Under the pieces are notes generated by a model. That model saw nothing but the letters and a program-made list of their open reading frames with translations. It was not told the DNA's origin and searched no databases. Of a stretch of 64,000 bases of DNA, positions 50,069-64,000 are shown in pieces (position 1 is the stretch's first letter; each line of letters opens with the position of its first letter). The DNA is from Zygnema circumcarinatum SAG 698-1b (taxonomy: Eukaryota > Plantae > Zygnematophyceae), in assembly GCA_037447605.1 (NCBI GenBank), contig CM074814.1:2852001-2916000 (forward strand). Reading direction: 5' to 3'. The position numbers and the translations under genes are program-made.

Positions 50069-51587
50069 ATGGGAAGGAGCTTCGTCGGGCACTGGCACTC
50101 GCGGCCGTCGCTTGCGAATACCTCAATCGCCTTCATTCTTCTTCTGGCTCTGACTTGTGAAGGTGCGAGGTTTTGCATCTACGATAAATTTTTTAATTCA
50201 AAACTAAAATAAAGCGGTTCTTGTCGCAGCAGTCATGAAAAGTACTAGTTAATGTAAATATTCGCACTGGCTAATTCTTTGTTCACATGTTACGTACGAC
50301 GAAAGTTAAATGGCCGCATTCGCGCCTACGAGCATTGTGGTGTCATCTCTTACAGCACGCCGGTTCGAATGGCTCCCCCACAAACTTGGGCCTGCTCGCA
50401 CCATCAGTTTGCATCGAGTTCGTGCATTGGAGAGGCCAATTGAGAATGTGCCAAGAAAGGACTCCAACAAGATGGATGGGATTTTGGAAGATGAGGTTTC
50501 AAAGCTATTCGTGGGAGAAAATGAGGTGAAAGATGATGAATCAAGCAACGAAGTGATTGAGGCGAGACGGCGGCGATTGGCAACTCCATCGAACAACACG
50601 TCAGGTGGAGTCAGTGGCTGCGTAAACCATATGCTGCGTTTAGACGTAATTGCTCAAGCTATTGTATTAGAGGGACAGAGAATTGGAAAAAAAAAAAAAC
50701 GCCACTTTGGACAAAGCAATGGTCAGTAGGACATAGAAAGGCTCAGTGGTCCGACATAAATCAATAGTGATCTCTTTTGGAAAAAAAAAAAAATGTCTTA
50801 ACCTATGTATGTGAATTGAAAAATTGCTTGCTTTACTGCAGACTGCCTAGCGCCGAACATCTCGTCCGTCGAGTCAATGGGGACAGTCTTTCCAAGCCCA
50901 AACACTGTTCCACTTTACAAGGTACAACACCCTCGTTTCCCCATTCCGTTCATTCACCTCAAATTGCTCATCATGCTTACACATCGCCATTGTGCAATGG
51001 AATGATGTGCAGGCAACCTTTTTTAACCCGAATTCAAAACCTATTCGGGAACTTGTTATCAAATCTCGTAAATTCCTCCCTTATCTCCTTACTCCTGATG
51101 CGGACTTAATCTATTCCTCCTACAATAATATCACAACGACTTACCTTTACAGGGTGAGCTTTCAAACTGAACATTGCATGCATCCTTGACCAGCATTCTT
51201 TCAGATGCAGTGCAGACAGTGGCGGATAAAGATTTTTTCGCTAAGAGGGGGCTAAGCCCTCTTTAAGCATAAAATACATTAGATAAAATTTGAAAAAAAA
51301 GTTCAATTTTCAAAACCTGAGGGGGGGCTAAGCTCCCCCCGCAAGTTGTATATGTAGGTCCGCCACGGATTGCAGATCCATGTGGGACGTTGGTGCGATG
51401 TGAAAAGGTCCATGGTCATTCCGCTTGCATGCATGAATGAATGATCCTGGAGAAATGTGGTGCATTGCAGATCAAGCCTCGGAATCAGACGGTGGCGCTC
51501 GCGGGCAATCAAACATTTTGGTTTACCTTCGCGTACTACAACGGCGTTGTGTCCCCCAACTTTCAAGTCAACACGCACGAGTGTTGA
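50069..51587 (+). CDS. Five-exon secreted pre-pro-glycoprotein with C-terminal TPD1-like domain, 226 aa
   Basis: Exons 50069-50162, 50356-50604, 50842-50921, 51013-51153 and 51471-51587. All are GT-AG with compatible phases and total 681 nt. They give signal peptide SIAFILLLALTCEA, an acidic pro-region, RRRRLA, and DCLAPNISSV...VPLYKATFFNP..PIRELVI..F...GNQTFWFTFAYY...FQVNTHEC*. Confidence 0.72.
51217..51368. mobile_element. hAT-type MITE (152 bp) in intron 4 of TPD1-like gene 2
   Basis: TIRs CAGTGGCGGA ... TCCGCCACGG (9/10 match). Flanking 8-mers AGTGCAGA (51209-51216) and ATTGCAGA (51369-51376) match 7/8, consistent with an 8-bp TSD. AT-rich core with internal GGGGGCTAAGC-CC hairpin motifs. 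Confidence 0.75.
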
Positions 51588-52469
51588 TCGCCACACTTTA
51601 TGGCCATCCTCAGTGTGGGTGTAGAAGTTGACTATGGCTGATATTGGACGCGAAGATGCGAGCACAGCAGTGTTTGGCTGTGTTCATCGAGTTGGCTGAA
51701 GCACAGCTTCACTGAAAGTAGTCAGTCTGAGTAAAGTAGGGCGCCTGTCATTTTGAAGGCAAATGGTTCGTTGTAATAAACACTGAACGTGGACGTATTC
51801 CTTCGTAAGAACGCAATGAAAGAATAGAAGACACGAACGTGTACTCTTCTTTACTGCTCACTGTTTCCGGCAACAGCCGCCCTAAATTGATCTCTTCTGC
51901 TCGAGTGCCAGTGTGCCAGTGCATGCAATACCAGAACTTAATATGTTAAAAGTAGTTAAACAGTGAACTAAAATGAAATTGAAACTCCCGTGGGCCACGC
52001 AGCCCACATGTTTTACTGTTCCCGACAAAAAGGGTGATTTCAAGGAGCGGTATTGCCGCAACACGAGAGTGCCGTCGGTTTAACTTCACGCCAAGCATTC
52101 CAAATAACATTTCACCACAGTGGCGATGCGAATGCACGCATGAGGAAACAGCTTACAAACTCACACTGGCGGCGAAAGAGAGACTCTCTCGCTACGATTG
52201 TACGGGTTTGGTCGTCGGAAGGTAAAGCGAAAAAATCAGGTAAAACCTGTGATGTTGAATTGTTTAGGCCAGTCTGTCCATAGCAAATTTAATCAAAAGA
52301 AATAGAGGGAAGTGGCATTGATCTCACGATGGCGAGGATGCCATCATATCACCCATGAATGAAGCATGCATGCACCAAGCGAAACTAGCCTAAACTGAAC
52401 TGCCAAAATATCACGACCCTACTGCCGCCGCCAAGGTCCGGGCCGCGGCCCTCAGCGCGTCGATGGCCG

Positions 52470-53110
52470 ATCGTACGGTCGCGAGCAGCGGAGGCCTCGG
52501 GGGTGCGCGTAAGCGGATCTTCCTGTTAAAGTCACTTGCACCGACTTTGTAAAATCACCTCGACAAAGGCAGTAGGCGGTGATTCGCGGAATCGCGGGAC
52601 GATGGGACTCTCGGTAAACACACAGCGGCCCGTCCCGTACAGTATCGGTGCCGTACGCGATGCCGTTTGCGAGCTTGCCTTTGTACGAACCGTACATATG
52701 GACTGTCGGCATTTGCCGCCCTTCTGGCGCCGTCCGTACGATGGAATTCTAAGGGCCGCCAGTTCAGCCAATCAGCTTCAGCCACGTCTGTAAAAAATTA
52801 ACGACAAGTATGTAAGGATGCACAGTCATCACCGATTGCGCCACAATGCAATCAAGACTGGCCAGTGGAATTTAACCACGTCACCAAAAGCGTCCGTCAA
52901 ATGTCGGCGCCAAGGCCCGAATACGAGGCGGCGCCATGTCAGCACGCCCACAAAATGCCAAGCGTCGCATTCAGCCGTGTACGGCACCGACAAATCAGGG
53001 GAGCGGATACGGCCAGGGCGGGCACTTGACGACACGTCTCTGTACGAACGACCGCCAATGGCGCGCAAAACGACGGGTGTATGTACGGCGGGCAAAGCCG
53101 CGCCGTACCG
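52470..53110. promoter_or_regulatory. GTAC-rich island upstream of the active RLK
   Basis: About 10 GTAC cores in ~640 bp, CCAATCAG near 52769, followed by a GA-rich leader. Confidence 0.4.
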
Positions 53111-53320
53111 GCAGTCGGGCGCGGCGGCCTCAGCGACTGCGCCGAGGGGGGGAGGAGGAGGGAGAACGAGCGAGAGGGGCATAAAGGGACAGGGAGGGAG
53201 AGGACGGGGAGGGGTGGGAGAGCGTCTCAGCAAAGGGAGAGCAGAGGGAGGGAGGAAGGGAGGGAGCGTTAAATATATTTAAAAGACTTTACTTCTGTAT
53301 TGATCGAGCGAGAAGCAGCC

Positions 53321-59981
<6,661 letters not shown>

Positions 59982-60861
59982 GCTGTAGGTGGTGAGAGGA
60001 CGCTAAAAAATATTTTTTACGTGTTAAATTATCTCCGAAAAATTTGTTCAGGATGCTAGGAGAGTGATGAGTGTCCACTTCCTCTTTGTATGAGGGTCAC
60101 GAGAGGGACCAAGGATGACATACATTTTAAGTCCTTCAACCGCTTTCCATGTACGGTCCCATGTGTTCCTAGAGAGAGAGAGAGAGAGAGGAGAGGGAGG
60201 GAGAACTATTTATACTGGCGGGTTTTAATTAATTTATTTGATGGAGCTGTAAAGTGAGATGCGTTTGCACGTAGAAGGTAAATGCGGGATATACCGCGCA
60301 TCTAGTTCTGTAAACATTCGTGCGATAATGAAGGTCTATATACATCTGTTCCTTGCGACCAGTTGATGCTTTCTTTCTTGATGTACAGTTCTGTATGAAG
60401 CACAAACAGTATGGTCCTTGTGTGGATATAATGTATGAAATGGCTTATGGCTGACAGGTGCTTTGGCTTTGCCATCTCAATGAGAGTCCTAAAGCTTTGC
60501 CCATCTGGAAAACCATCTTTTTACAAACCTGAATTTACATAAGGAGAAACTATCCATCATCTCCATGTCCCTCGTTTACCACACTTGCATGCCCATCTGG
60601 GGAACAAAAACGTCCATGTGTAAACCCACGAGTAATGCGGGGGCGTCGATCAGCGCCTGCCCGCCTTCCCGCAGAAACCAAATGCTGAAAGCAATTGAAA
60701 ACAGACAGAAAGAAAGACGGATTATTATGCATGCCTAAAGGGTGGTGACCTTACACTCATTTTACAGCCATCTATGGCCATGAGCTTGTACGCGTGACAT
60801 GCTGTCACGCCATGCAAGAGTCGCCGATGGTCGCCACGCGGCGAGAAGCCAACGGGCGCGG

Positions 60862-61020
60862 GCTGCCACGTGGCAGCGACTCGTTAGTTGAGCGACTCGT
60901 CATTTTCGCATGACGGCTACTGTACAAACCGAGTACGGTCGGGTACAGTCATACGGTCCCCTGTCAGTTCATGAGTCTGTCAGGAGCAGTGGTTTTCGTA
61001 CGACAAGCGTTAGCCGTACT
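60862..61020. promoter_or_regulatory. PSF1 upstream region: 16-bp G-box palindrome plus GTAC cluster
   Basis: GCTGCCACGTGGCAGC (60862-60877) is a perfect palindrome. About 5 GTAC cores lie at 60920-61020. Confidence 0.45.
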
Positions 61021-61138
61021 GCCGCAACATGGTTTAGTCATGACTAGCCGCGACTGTAGGACCATACACGTGGCTGACCAGTCTGACCGTGCTGGCGCTG
61101 CGCAGATTCGAAGTGGCGAGCGAGCGCGCGACGAAGCC

Positions 61139-61203
<65 letters not shown>

Positions 61204-61512
61204 GCAGGCAGGCAGGCAGGCAGCTCGGCTCCCCCCCGCATGCCGCCAACCCTGAGCCTCGCAGAATCTCTGGGAGTACTCGGCTTGCAGGCCGCTCACG
61301 AACGCATAGGTGTTCACAGAGAGCTTTTTTGTTTTTGTTTTCTAGGAGGGGACAGAACCAGGCATGCTCGCGAATCAAGCAGGCCACTGCTTTGTGGGTC
61401 GGCGTCAGGGAAACGCGTCTCAAGCCCCCCCTCCTGAATCGTAAAAACGTGAGAGTTTCGGATCTGGGTCTGACGCCAGCGACCTGCAGAGCTCGTGTTG
61501 TGCCTCCGCGCC

Positions 61513-63465
61513 ATGTTTGGAGGGCGAGCACTGGAGCTGGTGCGCGAGCTGGACCGCCTGGACGAAGACCAACTGTTGCCGTACAATGTAAGTGCTGCAC
61601 TTTCTTGTGTTTTTTTTTTTTTTTTTTTTTTATTAATTCTGCCATGTTTTCCTGCATTAATGCATACGGGATGAAGCCTGCGGAATTAGGTATTTGCCAA
61701 CCAAACGAAAGAATTCTTGCTCTCTCTCTCTCTGTCTGTCTCTCTCCCCCTCCCTCCCCCACTTTCCCTCCCTCATTCTCTCTTTGTCCTCTCAAATTTC
61801 CGGGGAGGGAGCATGGACAGAAGGATAGAGGGAAAGTCAGGGAGAGAGGCAGCTTCAAAAGTGAGTGCTTGTTGCCTTGGAAGCGCAGGCTGACGCAATG
61901 ATGGAGGTCATACGAGAAATTCGCGAGCATTTCAAACAGATAAATATCATCCTGCGGTAAGTATCAGAACTGGCACTTGAACTGGCACTCTTGAAGGTTT
62001 TTTGGATTTGATATGTCTCATCTTGCCAGCCCTGTAGCATAAACATGTCGTCACGATCCTGCTTCGGTGAGCTTCATTCGTATTCTGCTTTATGTAAAGA
62101 GTACCGAGCTCCATAAGTTGGAAATGTCCGTGTCTTCTAATGTTTTAGATACATATGAGGTGCCAAGCATCCTTTTCTTTGTGGAGGCTGCAGAACTATG
62201 CAGAGAGCCGAAAGCGAAAATCAGCCGCCAAATGTCAATCACTCTGCTGCCATCCTCGTGCACCACAACTGCATTCTGCGGAACAAGCGATGCATTATGG
62301 CCTTCCTGTAAGTGATTAAGTGAACATATTGAAGCTTAACATTTTTTCTTTGTAATAGAAGAAAGAATTTACGAAGTCAAATCACAGTAGAACTCTGGCT
62401 GATGCGCTATGTAGGACTCAGTTTTCTTCGGCTTCAGTGAAAGGTTTTCCGTCTCCGGCTTGTTGAATTTTATAACGCTAAGCATTTCATCTTGGATGGT
62501 GCTGTCGGTTGCGGGTCAGGCACCATCGATTTCAGAAGATTAAGGGTTTGAGATGGCAGCTGGGTGCTGTTTTGCCGGAAGAAATCGAGGGCAAATTGAG
62601 CATATCGGAAAAAGAGGCTTTCAAGTCATATTCTGACAACTTAGCAGATTACATGGCAGCGGTTGGAATGGACCTCGCTGTGGTAGGTGAGGAGTAACCC
62701 TCCACGTACGTGAAAAGTTGAAAATGAAGATTGACGAGTTATAACCCAAATGAAAGCTCCTGATCATGTAAAACGAGCTCTATGGTTCCTTCTGCCCTAA
62801 AATTGAGGATTGAGAAGCAGTGACTCTTCTTCCTTCCAGGATGCTCGTCCTCCAAAAGACCCCTACATCGAGGTCCGGGTTTTGCAGCCTACCGGGCCTC
62901 TGCTAGTGGATGATAAAGTTGTGCATCTTACGCCAAATTCGGTGCACCTGCTCAAACGAGTTGATGCGGAACCACTCATTTTGCAGGTATGGGAGCAGAA
63001 CCTTACTGCTCGGCAAACATGGATGTTCTTTGGTATTGTGAAACTGACTGACTTTAAACCGCATGCCAACGCTCGTCACACACGCGTTTGTACATATTGA
63101 ACGAAGTCCAGAGCCTCTGTCCTTTGCACCCCCCTTTGGCCTGTGATAAGCCAATATGAACTGTTCTGAAGGTCTGAATAGGTAAGATGGTCCGTGTCTG
63201 TATGATGCTGTTACCCTGGTTAACATTTTCGGTGTTCTACCTTCTTTGAAATCTAGTTTGAGGCGCCTAAATGCTCTGCTTTTCTCTCCTGGAGCAACAA
63301 CGTGTGCCAGCGTTAGCAGGACGTTAGCGCCAGGAAGTCAGTCCTTGCAGCTCTGCTCTCTCGCTCCGTTCGCTGAAGCAGCGGGCAGATTCCGAACTTT
63401 GGCGCACAGGCTGAGGGGCGAGGCGTGGCACTGTACAGGGTTTCCTGGAGCATCGTCAGTACTGA
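61513..63465 (+). CDS. PSF1: GINS complex subunit 1 (PSF1)
   Basis: Exons 61513-61587 (MFGGRALELVREL..LLPYN), 61889-61956, 62194-62307 (HHNCILRNKRCIMAFL), 62520-62682 (RFQKIKGLRW..LPEEI..LSISEKEAF), 62840-62986 (PPKDPYIEVRVL..HLLKRVDAEPLI) and a probable last exon 63439-63465 (GFLEHRQY*). Confidence 0.92.
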
Positions 63466-64000
63466 TGGGAAGAGATGGCGAATGCTGCCACCCTGTGGCA
63501 CTGACATGAAGTGAACTGCCCACGTCCACATGCGAAGTAACGACGCCCTGAGGTGACCCTGACTGACGCCGGTTCTGCACCGCTTTCATTTTGTGACCTG
63601 TCATCTCGCCACCCTAGGGAAGGATGGGGCCTGAATTGACGGCTTCCGTGTTCGTGTATCCTCAATGTGAGGAGTGCTGAGAGCGGTTAAAAAGGAGCTC
63701 TTATGCGTTGACTATAGGACAAGCACATGTCAAAGCACCGCTGCTGTATTAACCTCGTACTGCGTATCTCATCTCAGTCATGATCATCTGCAATCACATG
63801 TGCCCTAATCTACACATATCCAAACCTTTGTCTGCCTCTTGAGGTCTTTCCTCCTGAACAATGGATTGTTCTATCATATCGACCGCAGTTAAGACAACTT
63901 TCGGAACTCTTTCTCACAGAAGCATCCTACGCAGCACCCATGCAAAACATGTAGAGGACTATCCCTCGTCACTGAAGCTATGTCTATCAACACGCCAGCC

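Noticed and set aside
50310-50729. Stand-alone 139-aa ORF resembling a plastid transit-peptide protein
   Set aside because: It is better explained as exon 2 of the spliced secreted gene. An upstream signal-peptide exon splices in phase at 50356 and a donor at 50605 continues the frame through three more exons.

Overview
Eukaryotic, intron-dense, plant-type nuclear DNA with GT-AG introns, many purine/pyrimidine microsatellites and two 10-N assembly gaps. It encodes a PSII assembly factor, so the host is photosynthetic. A streptophyte alga (Zygnematophyceae-like) is my best guess, but that is inference. I reconstructed 12 protein-coding genes by hand-splicing exons. The left half is mainly housekeeping genes: PRMT5 (-, partial), glucose-6-phosphate 1-epimerase-like (+), Twinkle primase-helicase (-), Rab escort protein (+) and HCF136 (+). 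The right half is mainly cell-surface and secreted genes: an A1 aspartic protease (-), an intronless TPD1-like secreted protein (-), a two-RRM protein (+), a di-malectin receptor-like pseudokinase (-), a 5-exon TPD1-like pre-pro-protein that the ORF track does not show as a unit (+), a catalytically intact di-malectin receptor kinase paralog (+) and GINS PSF1 (+). The most interesting signal is this receptor-pseudokinase / secreted ligand-like / active-receptor arrangement. Other features are a 152-bp hAT-type MITE, an ~800-bp (ATCCGTTC)n array, a ~720-bp (GGGA)n tract, an exact ~375-bp duplication in PRMT5, and two classes of motif cluster (CGATA vs GTAC) upstream of genes. I saw no rRNA, tRNA, CRISPR or autonomous transposon. 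All family calls come from motif recognition by eye; no database search was run.
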